Positions 1 to 7,442 of a stretch of 41,809 bases of DNA are shown here, piece by piece. A program made the translations under genes and the position numbers. The DNA is taken from positions 1 through 41,809 of the IMG/VR virus record IMGVR_UViG_3300049811_000191; one strand, given 5' to 3'. This DNA is from a virus. Taxonomy: Duplodnaviria > Caudoviricetes. Below the pieces are notes generated by a model, which saw only the letters and a program-made list of their open reading frames with translations, had not been told where the DNA came from and made no database searches. Position 1 is the stretch's first letter. The number at the start of each line of letters is the position of its first letter.

Positions 1-632
1 AGATCTTCCAATAGTGTCTGCTTCACTTAAGCCTATGAATTTTGGTAAAAACATACATATTAAATTAGAAAGGGGTTATGAAGCATACTTCCGGCAAATT
101 CTTGCGGCTCTTGAAGCCAGTACTGCTGATATTATCTACTTTTGCGAACATGATTGGTTGTACCATCCTTCACATTTCTTCTTTACGCCGGAAGATAGAC
201 AAACATTTTATTATAACGATAATTGGTGGCGTGTTAGAGCATCAGACGGCCATGCAGTTAGATATGATACACATCTACTTCCATCTGTTGTTGGATATAG
301 AGAGCTATTTATTGAGTATTACCGGCTTGTCATTAAAAAGCTTGAAGAATTAGGCGGTTTTACAGGGGATAATGCCCGGTTTATTGGGTATGAGCCGGGT
401 ACACACCACAGATTGCCAGAGTTTGAGAAATATAGGGCAAAAAGCTTCAAATCTGAGTATCCTAATATAGACATACGCCATGATACAAATCTCACAACTT
501 CTAAATGGTCACAAAGTGAGTTTAGAAGTCAAAGAAATTGCCGGAATTGGCAAGAAACAGATGACATTCCGGGATGGGGCAAAGTCAAAGGCAACTTTAT
601 TAATTTACTTAAATCTATATGATACCTGTTTT
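1..632. repeat. Imperfect terminal direct repeat, left copy (matches ~41178-41809)
   Basis: Collinear at offset 41177. 593-632 is identical to 41770-41809; the rest has scattered, largely synonymous substitutions. Confidence 0.95.
14..622 (+). CDS. 5'-truncated C-terminal GT-A glycosyltransferase-like domain (variant of the 3' end of 40009..41799)
   Basis: 13 aa differences over 201 aa against the end of 40009..41799. FCEHDWLY is a DxD-like motif. The frame runs off the window start. Confidence 0.8.
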   Translation: MSASLKPMNFGKNIHIKLERGYEAYFRQILAALEASTADIIYFCEHDWLYHPSHFFFTPEDRQTFYYNDNWWRVRASDGHAVRYDTHLLPSVVGYRELFIEYYRLVIKKLEELGGFTGDNARFIGYEPGTHHRLPEFEKYRAKSFKSEYPNIDIRHDTNLTTSKWSQSEFRSQRNCRNWQETDDIPGWGKVKGNFINLLKSI

Positions 633-1728
633 AAAACCTACTCTTGATGAACAAGGCAAGAAAGAGTTGCTTGAAGTTATTGATTCCGGTTGGTGGGGCC
701 AAGGGCCAAAAACGCTTGAATTTGAGCGTAAATTTGCAGAGTATGTAGGATCTAAATATGCAGTTGGCGTAACATCTTGTACAGCAGCACTTGATTTGGC
801 GCTTAAAGTCTATGGCATAAAGGGTGGTGAGCTTATTACTACTCCCATGACATTTGTAGCTGATGCAATAGTTGGAGAATGGAATGGCATGGATGTTACT
901 TTTTGTGATATAGATGCTGATACTTTGTGTCTTGATCCAAGCAAGCTTGTATTAAGCAAAAAGACAAAAGCAATCATTCCGGTTGATTCACATGGCCGGC
1001 TTGCTGATATTGATGGCATAAGAAGGCAGATCAAAAAGTTTAATGAAGATACTAATTCAAACATTAATCCATTGATTATAGAAGATGCGGCCCATGCAAT
1101 GTATACGCCGGGAGCCGGAAAAGGTGGTGATATTACTGTTTGGTCATTTCAGGCGGTAAAGTCTATGCCAACAGGTGATGGCGGCATGATTACAACAAAT
1201 GATGAAAAGATATATAACCGGCTGAGAACTCTTACATGGCTTGGGGTAGAAAAGAATACTTTTGAGCGTGCTGGAGTGAAAAGATACACGTGGGATTATG
1301 ACATTACACAAGCTGAAGGATTAAAGGCATATATGAATGATCTTACAGCTATTATTGGCTTAAATCAATTACGTAGGCTAGAAGACATGAATGCTAAACG
1401 CCGGGCCATTCAAGCGGTATACAATGATGCATTTAAAAATGTGAGAGCCATACAAATCCCTGTATACTCTCACACGGTGCAATATTATACGATGAAATGC
1501 AAAGATCGTGATGCATTATCTGATTACCTTGCTACAAATGGAATTGCTACATCAGTACATTTCAAGCCTCTTAACTTTATGACTTACTGGAAAAAAGGAG
1601 AAAAAACAGAGCTGAAGGTAAATAACAAAGTATGGCGTGAGCTTTTAAGCTTGCCGGTGCATTACGGTTTAACGTGGAGTGAAGTAGATAAAATTATCCA
1701 TTTCGTCAAAAAGTTTTATGCAGCCTAA
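619..1728 (+). CDS. DegT/DnrJ/EryC1/StrS PLP-dependent NDP-sugar aminotransferase
   Basis: SGWWGQGP, FERKFAEYVG, SCTAALDLAL, IIEDAAHA and SFQAVKSMPTGDGGMITTND motifs. ATGA overlap with the upstream stop. Confidence 0.95.
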   Translation: MIPVLKPTLDEQGKKELLEVIDSGWWGQGPKTLEFERKFAEYVGSKYAVGVTSCTAALDLALKVYGIKGGELITTPMTFVADAIVGEWNGMDVTFCDIDADTLCLDPSKLVLSKKTKAIIPVDSHGRLADIDGIRRQIKKFNEDTNSNINPLIIEDAAHAMYTPGAGKGGDITVWSFQAVKSMPTGDGGMITTNDEKIYNRLRTLTWLGVEKNTFERAGVKRYTWDYDITQAEGLKAYMNDLTAIIGLNQLRRLEDMNAKRRAIQAVYNDAFKNVRAIQIPVYSHTVQYYTMKCKDRDALSDYLATNGIATSVHFKPLNFMTYWKKGEKTELKVNNKVWRELLSLPVHYGLTWSEVDKIIHFVKKFYAA

Positions 1729-2380
1729 AATAAAGATTCTTTTAACCGGTGGGAGTGGGTTACTTGGTCAAGAGTTACAAAGAAGGCTTAAAAACTATCC
1801 TAAATATGATGTGTTTGCGCCATCTCATAAGGATTTTGATATTGTAAAGCTTGATTTGTACTCAAATATTTATACATTTGCGCCGGACATTGTGATTCAT
1901 GCGGCGGCGTATACTGATCTTATTGAAGCTGAAAAGGTTAAAAATAGGCAAAAGGTGTATGAGATTAATGTTCTTGGTACTGATAATCTTGTCAGGGCAT
2001 TTCCATCATCATACTTTGTCCACATTTCAACAGAGTATGTGTATAACTACCGGCTTAACTATTATTCATATACAAAAGCGCTTGCAGAGCGTGTTGTTGA
2101 GAACCACAAAGCCCATCTTATTATCCGGACACTATTTAAGCCAAGACCTTTTCCACATAAAAAAGCATTTGTAGATCAATGGACAAAAGGTGATTATGTA
2201 GATGTGATTGCTCCTATGATTCTTTACAGGATGATGAACAAAGATTTGGGAATTGCCAATATTGGAACAGATAGGAAAACAATATTCCATTTAGCTCAAA
2301 AGACTGTACCGGATATTAAGCCTATGTCAATTAAAGACGTTGTTGGTGTTAAGCTTCCGGAAGATTATGAAAAGAATTGA
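1718..2380 (+). CDS. RmlD-like NDP-4-keto-sugar reductase (SDR, short form)
   Basis: ILLTGGSGLLG Rossmann motif, VIHAAAYTD, HISTEYV and catalytic YSYTK. Confidence 0.9.
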   Translation: MQPKIKILLTGGSGLLGQELQRRLKNYPKYDVFAPSHKDFDIVKLDLYSNIYTFAPDIVIHAAAYTDLIEAEKVKNRQKVYEINVLGTDNLVRAFPSSYFVHISTEYVYNYRLNYYSYTKALAERVVENHKAHLIIRTLFKPRPFPHKKAFVDQWTKGDYVDVIAPMILYRMMNKDLGIANIGTDRKTIFHLAQKTVPDIKPMSIKDVVGVKLPEDYEKN

Positions 2381-2405
2381 CAGCTATTATAAATGTATGT
2401 ATGAT
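2377..2405 (+). promoter_or_regulatory. Sigma70-type promoter of the RHH gene, near-leaderless
   Basis: TTGACA-17 bp-TATGAT with the ATG 8 nt downstream. The -35 contains the upstream TGA stop. Confidence 0.8.
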
Positions 2406-2412
2406 GTACATA
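2393..2412. promoter_or_regulatory. Putative RHH operator, copy 1
   Basis: ATGTATGTATGATGTACATA is 19/20 identical to 37216-37235 and overlaps the -10 and start region. Confidence 0.65.
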
Positions 2413-2413
2413 T

Positions 2414-2599
2414 ATGATTAAAAGAACATTCTACATTCCAAATGAACAGGAGCGCCGCTTACGTAGGATGAAGGAATTTACCGTATCAGAGCATATCCGC
2501 CGGGCTATTCATGATTATCTTGAAGCTCACAAACTAGAAGGATTGAATATTAGCATTTCACAATCCAAATCAACCTATGGACACAAAGCCAAAAAATGA
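2414..2599 (+). CDS. Ribbon-helix-helix (CopG/Arc-like) DNA-binding protein
   Basis: N-terminal strand KRTFYI, then helices ending VSEHIRRAIHDYL. Confidence 0.8.
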   Translation: MIKRTFYIPNEQERRLRRMKEFTVSEHIRRAIHDYLEAHKLEGLNISISQSKSTYGHKAKK

Positions 2600-2885
2600 A
2601 GCTGATGATATACGAGCCAGAAACACACCAATTTTTAAGCTTAAAGATAAGCAGGGTAGACGATTTCAGGCTATTCATCTTGTAAAACAGTTTGGATTTG
2701 TACCAGAAGTGATTATTGTAGAGAAAGTGCATGGAATGAATAATGGTTTAATTGTCCGGGCCATTCTTACAAAAGAAGAAAAAGAAAGAGAGGATAAAAT
2801 GCGTGCTGAATTTGCAAAGAAAGTAGAAACTGAAGAATTACCAGTTGAAAACAAAAAAGATGACAAGTCCAATTCCAAATCCTAA
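2577..2885 (+). CDS. Hypothetical protein
   Basis: 102-aa ORF overlapping both neighbours in a packed operon. Confidence 0.7.
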   Translation: MDTKPKNEADDIRARNTPIFKLKDKQGRRFQAIHLVKQFGFVPEVIIVEKVHGMNNGLIVRAILTKEEKEREDKMRAEFAKKVETEELPVENKKDDKSNSKS

Positions 2886-3120
2886 ACCATTTGAAACAAT
2901 ATTAGTTGATAGTGTTGAAGATAAAGAGAGGCAATATAACTTCTATGAGGCTCTAAAGCATATGGTAGAAGGTAAAAAGATTACAAGAATTGAATGGAAC
3001 AGTCAGGAAGAATACGGTTTTATGAAAGATGGCATTGTAATGATACATACTAAGGGCAAAGATCACAGATGGATCATTTCTGAAGCTGATGCGATAGCTG
3101 AAGACTGGATTATTATTTAA
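2860..3120 (+). CDS. tad2: Tad2/DUF2829-like anti-defence nucleotide sponge
   Basis: NFYEALKHMVEGKKITRIEWN...WIISEADAIAEDWIII fits the family pattern. Start taken at ATG 2860. Confidence 0.8.
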   Translation: MTSPIPNPKPFETILVDSVEDKERQYNFYEALKHMVEGKKITRIEWNSQEEYGFMKDGIVMIHTKGKDHRWIISEADAIAEDWIII

Positions 3121-3127
3121 ATAATTT

Positions 3128-3907
3128 ATGAAAGTAGCAGTAATAGGATCTACAGGATGGGTTGGTAAGGCAATGTTGCAACTCTTTCCGGATGCTTACC
3201 AATATACAAGGCATATTGGATTGGTAGCAGAAGTAAATAAATGTGATGTGGCTTTTATTTGCGTGCCAACACCATTAAAAACTAACGGTAGTAGTGATTG
3301 GAGATTAGATACAAGTATTGTTGAAGAGATAGTTTCATGGTGTTCTTGCAAATTGATAGTCATCAGATCAACAGTAAATCCGGGAAATTGTGATTTTTGG
3401 GCTGCAAAATATGGCCGCAATATTGTTCATCAGCCGGAATATCTTGGAGAAACACCAAACCATCCATTACTTAATCAGAAGCACAATCAATTCATAATTA
3501 TAGGCGGTAAGCCTAAAGATAGAAGAATGCTTATAGATCTTTATACAACTACATATAATGCAAATTTAAAAATAAGACAGGTAACATCGCTTGAATCTGA
3601 GATTATAAAGCTATCAGAAAACCGGGCCATAGCTTTTAAGGTTATGCAGTGTCAGGAGCTTTATGATGCATGTGAAGCCGCCGGAGTTGATTATTACACG
3701 ATCCGGGATGCAGTATATGGTGATGATCCCCGGTTTAATTTATGGTTTACTTTTATCTATAAAAATAAACGTGGTTTTCAGTCTTCAAAATGTTTGAGTA
3801 AAGATGTTCCGGCTTGGGCTGCATGGGCTAGAGCAAATAATATTAATCCGCTTCTAACAAATTTATTAGTTAATAGAAGCATAGACTATGTCAACAAATT
3901 ATTATAA
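3128..3907 (+). CDS. UDP-glucose/GDP-mannose dehydrogenase-like protein lacking the C-terminal domain
   Basis: VIGSTGWVG, FICVPTP, IRSTVNPG, QPEYLGE, EIIKLSEN and GFQSSKCLSKD (catalytic Cys position). Only 259 aa. Confidence 0.85.
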   Translation: MKVAVIGSTGWVGKAMLQLFPDAYQYTRHIGLVAEVNKCDVAFICVPTPLKTNGSSDWRLDTSIVEEIVSWCSCKLIVIRSTVNPGNCDFWAAKYGRNIVHQPEYLGETPNHPLLNQKHNQFIIIGGKPKDRRMLIDLYTTTYNANLKIRQVTSLESEIIKLSENRAIAFKVMQCQELYDACEAAGVDYYTIRDAVYGDDPRFNLWFTFIYKNKRGFQSSKCLSKDVPAWAAWARANNINPLLTNLLVNRSIDYVNKLL

Positions 3908-4256
3908 CAGTAGAGAAGGTGTAAGTGGTGATTTCAAATGTGTAGTATTTAATGAGCCGTGGTCAGATTCAGTAAAGGTATACTTAATGAATACTAAAAG
4001 TAGGGAAATTGCGACTATTGATAAAGATGGAATTATAAGATTTGAAGAGATTGAGCAAGGTGCAGATTCAAATAACAAGCCATTGTTTACCATGAGTTAT
4101 TTTGCATGGCAATCAATTTTACAGGCGCTTGGGAGTATAGAGCCGGATGATAAACAAGCAGAGAATAATGGCCGTTTAAAGGCAACACAATATCATCTTG
4201 AGGATTTACGACATTTACTGAAACTTGATCAATTACCATTTAATGTTAAAAAATAA
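3888..4256 (+). CDS. Hypothetical protein
   Basis: 122-aa ORF overlapping the upstream gene. Confidence 0.7.
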   Translation: MSTNYYNSREGVSGDFKCVVFNEPWSDSVKVYLMNTKSREIATIDKDGIIRFEEIEQGADSNNKPLFTMSYFAWQSILQALGSIEPDDKQAENNGRLKATQYHLEDLRHLLKLDQLPFNVKK

Positions 4257-4259
4257 ATT

Positions 4260-4457
4260 ATGGAAGAATCTCATGAACAGGCATTTCAGATATACAAACA
4301 ATTGATTCAACTTTTATCTGAATTTAATAAATCAGAAGGCACAAGATCAAGACCTCTTTCAATTGCAATTACAGATCTAGAAACATCTGCTATGTGGTTT
4401 AATAAACATAGAGCAGAAAAAGGCTATTTACCTAAAAATCCTACGCATATTCAATAA
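4260..4457 (+). CDS. Acb2/Tad1-like cyclic-nucleotide sponge (putative)
   Basis: Helical 65-aa protein with SRPLSIAITDLETSAMWFNK, matching the R..S.A.T.LE...MW.N motif. Confidence 0.65.
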   Translation: MEESHEQAFQIYKQLIQLLSEFNKSEGTRSRPLSIAITDLETSAMWFNKHRAEKGYLPKNPTHIQ

Positions 4458-4473
4458 ATGGCATTTCAGGCTA

Positions 4474-4546
4474 AATGATACAGTTTGATACACCATTATT
4501 TTGACATTTAAGGGCCTTCTAAAAAACTCACAGTACCTTCTATCCT
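4474..4546. repeat. Dispersed intergenic repeat, copy 1
   Basis: 4474-4524 is 48/51 identical to 29436-29486, and similarity continues to CTATCCT. Confidence 0.9.
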
Positions 4547-4569
4547 TCTTTATAACCGTCTTTCTACTA

Positions 4570-4599
4570 TTGCAGAAAGATAGATTTGATGGATATATT
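4570..4599 (+). promoter_or_regulatory. Putative late promoter (ATAG class), near-leaderless
   Basis: TTGCAG-AAAG-ATAG..., 18-bp spacer, TATATT. ATG at 4608. Confidence 0.7.
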
Positions 4600-4607
4600 T
4601 TGTGTAT

Positions 4608-7409
4608 ATGGCAACAATAGTAGATAGCTATAGTGAAAGCAATCAAAGTTCGCAATATTTGTTGAACAGTGAGCAAAATCAATATGCCGGTCAAACATTT
4701 ACTGGTAATGGTGGTGTTCTTGATAGTGTCAAGTTCTATAGTAGAAAAAATGGCCTTCCTACCGGAAATGCTTATGCAGAAATCTATGAACATACCGGCA
4801 CATTCGGATCAACTGGATTGCCTACAGGCTCACCATTAGCCACATCTGGTGCATTTGATGTTTCAACATTATCTGATAGTTATGGATTAATCACGTTGAA
4901 TTTTACTGGCGGTAATAGGATTACACTTTCTAACGGTACTAAATATTGCGTAGTCTTAAATTATGGTGGTGCATCTGGTACTACTTTCGTATTCATTGGA
5001 ATTGACAATTCAAGTTCTTCACATGCTGGTAATGGAATAAGAAAATCTGGATCAACTTGGTCTTATGATTCTAGTTATGATGCGTGTTTTTATGTTTATT
5101 CAGAAGGATCATCAGTATCATTATCTCCATCCTTATCACCATCTACAACTCCATCAACTTCAGTATCACTTTCTGCATCTACAACACCATCTGTATCTGT
5201 TTCTTTATCTCCATCACTGAGTATAAGTAGATCTCCATCACTTTCTGCATCTACAACACCATCTGTATCTGTTTCTTTATCTCCATCCTTATCACCATCG
5301 CCAACAGAATCTCCATCTCCATCAGCCGGAACAGATACTATTCTTGTAAATTCGGCAATTAATGATACTGCTTCTGCATCTTCACTAGCTTGTAATAAAC
5401 CAACAAATACTGCTGAGGGTGATTTGATGTTTGCTCTTGTAACACATGATGGTACGACTGCTCCAAATTCTGTTCCTTCTGATTGGAATTTAATAGGAAT
5501 AAGAGAATCTACATATTCTTGGCGGCTATATTACAAAGTTGCAGGAGCATCAGAGCCGGCAAGTTATACATGGGGTTGGGCTTCTGCAACTAAAATAAGA
5601 ATAACTATTGCTTCATATAGATATGGATTCAGTAAAGGAAATCCAATACAAACGTATTCTAATACAGCATATGTTACTAATAATGCAACACTCAGAGCAG
5701 CACAAGTAACAACATTATATTCTTCACAAACACTTCTTCATATAGGAGCTTTTAGAACAACAACTGTAAGAACATTTACAAAGCCATCAGGACAGGATAA
5801 TGATTGGGTAGAAGACGTAGATTCTGGTAATACTAATTCTGATTATTCACATAATTTTAATAGATGTGATTGGTCTGGTTCTGGTGCAACAGGGGTAGTT
5901 GATTCAACAGGTTCAGCATCAAGTACTACTAAACATGCTTTTCTTGTTGCTTTAAATCCAGTAGGAATATCACCAAGCATTTCTATATCTCTTTCTCCAT
6001 CTGTTACTCCATCAAGCAGTATTAGTTTATCTCAATCCTTATCACCATCTCTTTCTCTATCTTTATCTCCTTCAATAAGTGTGTCTTTGTCAGCTTCATT
6101 AAGTCCAAGTTCATCTTCATCATCATCTACAAGTCCTAGCTCAAGCGTAAGTTTGTCAGTCAGTTTATCACCATCACTTTCATTTTCTGTAAGTGAATCA
6201 TTATCTATTTCACTTTCACCATCAAGCAGTAGTAGTTCATCACAAAGTCCAAGTAGCAGTATATCGCTTTCGCCTTCTGTATCAATGTCTTTAAGTCCTT
6301 CTCTAAGCTTTTCACTTTCATCATCATTATCTGAATCAATATCTTCTAGTAGTAGTGTCAGCCCATCTTCAAGTATTAGTTTATCTGAATCCACATCAGA
6401 ATCATCATCACAAAGCCCTAGTAGTAGCGTTTCACTTTCACCATCAAGCTCTGTATCTTTAAGTCCTTCACTGTCTTTAAGTTTGTCACCATCTTTAAGT
6501 CCAAGCACATCTACATCAAGCTCAATAAGTCCATCATCAAGTGTGAGTTTATCACCAAGTTTATCTATTAGTCTTTCACCAAGCTCATCACAAAGTCCAA
6601 GTAGTAGTATTTCATCTTCTGTTTCCTTATCTTCATCCTTATCACCAAGTCTTTCTATTTCATCATCGTCAAGTTCATCAGTATCGCCATCAAGTTCTTC
6701 ATCATCATCAATAAGTCCAAGTAGCAGTGTTTCTTTATCTCCATCCGGATCTTCTTCTGCATCTGTTTCACCAAGCAGCAGCGTTTCACTTTCAGTTTCA
6801 TTATCTCCAAGCTCTTCAGCAAGTCCATCAAGTAGTAGTAGTTTATCCGCATCTCTATCTCCATCCCTGTCTTTATCCTTATCTCCAAGTTTGTCAATTT
6901 CAAGCTCAACTTCACCATCTTCTAGTGCAAGTTTAAGTGTAAGTAGTAGCCCATCACTTTCACCATCTGCTACTCCTAGCGCATCACCTTCTGTTTCCAC
7001 ATCTTTCTCACCATCTTTATCTTTATCTGCAACACCTAGTTTTTCACCATCAAGCTCACAATCTCCATCATCTTCAATCTCACTTAGTCAAAGTGTTTCA
7101 ATCTCTTTATCTTCTTCATTGTCCATCTCTTTATCACCATCTCTTTCATCTTCTCTGTCTTTAAGCGCAACAGAAAGCTCTAGTCAATCACTTTCAATAT
7201 CTTTATCACTATCTCTTTCTCCAAGCGCATCATTATCTTTCTCACCATCTCTATCTGCATCTTTATCTCCATCAAAATCTGTAAGTGCAAGTCCTTCAAA
7301 AGCTGAATATGAAGATAAATACGAAAAGAAAAATACCGGGTATGGCAGTAAATACAGCGCAAACAAGCCAACGTATACCAAAAAATATGCAGATTCCATG
7401 ACAAGGTAG
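4608..7409 (+). CDS. Serine-rich-repeat (mucin-like) putative virion fibre/adhesin 1
   Basis: Two beta-rich globular domains, a ~70-aa Ser/Pro linker, a ~440-aa S/P/L/V/I tract (~5969-7300) and a C-terminal YxxKY repeat. Start taken at ATG 4608. Confidence 0.8.
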   Translation: MATIVDSYSESNQSSQYLLNSEQNQYAGQTFTGNGGVLDSVKFYSRKNGLPTGNAYAEIYEHTGTFGSTGLPTGSPLATSGAFDVSTLSDSYGLITLNFTGGNRITLSNGTKYCVVLNYGGASGTTFVFIGIDNSSSSHAGNGIRKSGSTWSYDSSYDACFYVYSEGSSVSLSPSLSPSTTPSTSVSLSASTTPSVSVSLSPSLSISRSPSLSASTTPSVSVSLSPSLSPSPTESPSPSAGTDTILVNSAINDTASASSLACNKPTNTAEGDLMFALVTHDGTTAPNSVPSDWNLIGIRESTYSWRLYYKVAGASEPASYTWGWASATKIRITIASYRYGFSKGNPIQTYSNTAYVTNNATLRAAQVTTLYSSQTLLHIGAFRTTTVRTFTKPSGQDNDWVEDVDSGNTNSDYSHNFNRCDWSGSGATGVVDSTGSASSTTKHAFLVALNPVGISPSISISLSPSVTPSSSISLSQSLSPSLSLSLSPSISVSLSASLSPSSSSSSSTSPSSSVSLSVSLSPSLSFSVSESLSISLSPSSSSSSSQSPSSSISLSPSVSMSLSPSLSFSLSSSLSESISSSSSVSPSSSISLSESTSESSSQSPSSSVSLSPSSSVSLSPSLSLSLSPSLSPSTSTSSSISPSSSVSLSPSLSISLSPSSSQSPSSSISSSVSLSSSLSPSLSISSSSSSSVSPSSSSSSSISPSSSVSLSPSGSSSASVSPSSSVSLSVSLSPSSSASPSSSSSLSASLSPSLSLSLSPSLSISSSTSPSSSASLSVSSSPSLSPSATPSASPSVSTSFSPSLSLSATPSFSPSSSQSPSSSISLSQSVSISLSSSLSISLSPSLSSSLSLSATESSSQSLSISLSLSLSPSASLSFSPSLSASLSPSKSVSASPSKAEYEDKYEKKNTGYGSKYSANKPTYTKKYADSMTR
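5165..5287 (+). repeat. Exact 51-bp duplication in a Ser-rich linker
   Basis: 5165-5215 = 5237-5287, 72-bp in-frame period. Confidence 0.9.
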
Positions 7410-7436
7410 ACAGCAAATAGTTTTAAGCTATACACT
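7407..7436 (+). promoter_or_regulatory. Putative late promoter (ATAG class), leaderless
   Basis: TAGACA-GCAA-ATAG..., 18-bp spacer, TACACT. ATG at 7443. Confidence 0.7.
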
Positions 7437-7442
7437 TTGTGC

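Noticed and set aside
1-632. Diverged repeat as a DGR template/variable pair
   Set aside because: Substitutions are not adenine-specific and are largely synonymous, and no reverse transcriptase is present.
4501-4530. TTGACA inside the dispersed repeat as a promoter (also 29463)
   Set aside because: The nearest TAAAA(A/T) is only 13 bp away, so there is no properly spaced -10.
6032-7000. 322-aa acidic D/E/G/L ORF on the minus strand
   Set aside because: Antisense shadow of the Ser/Pro codon tract. It has no expression signals and all credible genes are on +.
5100-7300. CRISPR-like or satellite array
   Set aside because: Repeats are in-frame codon-level low complexity with no constant repeat/unique spacer structure.
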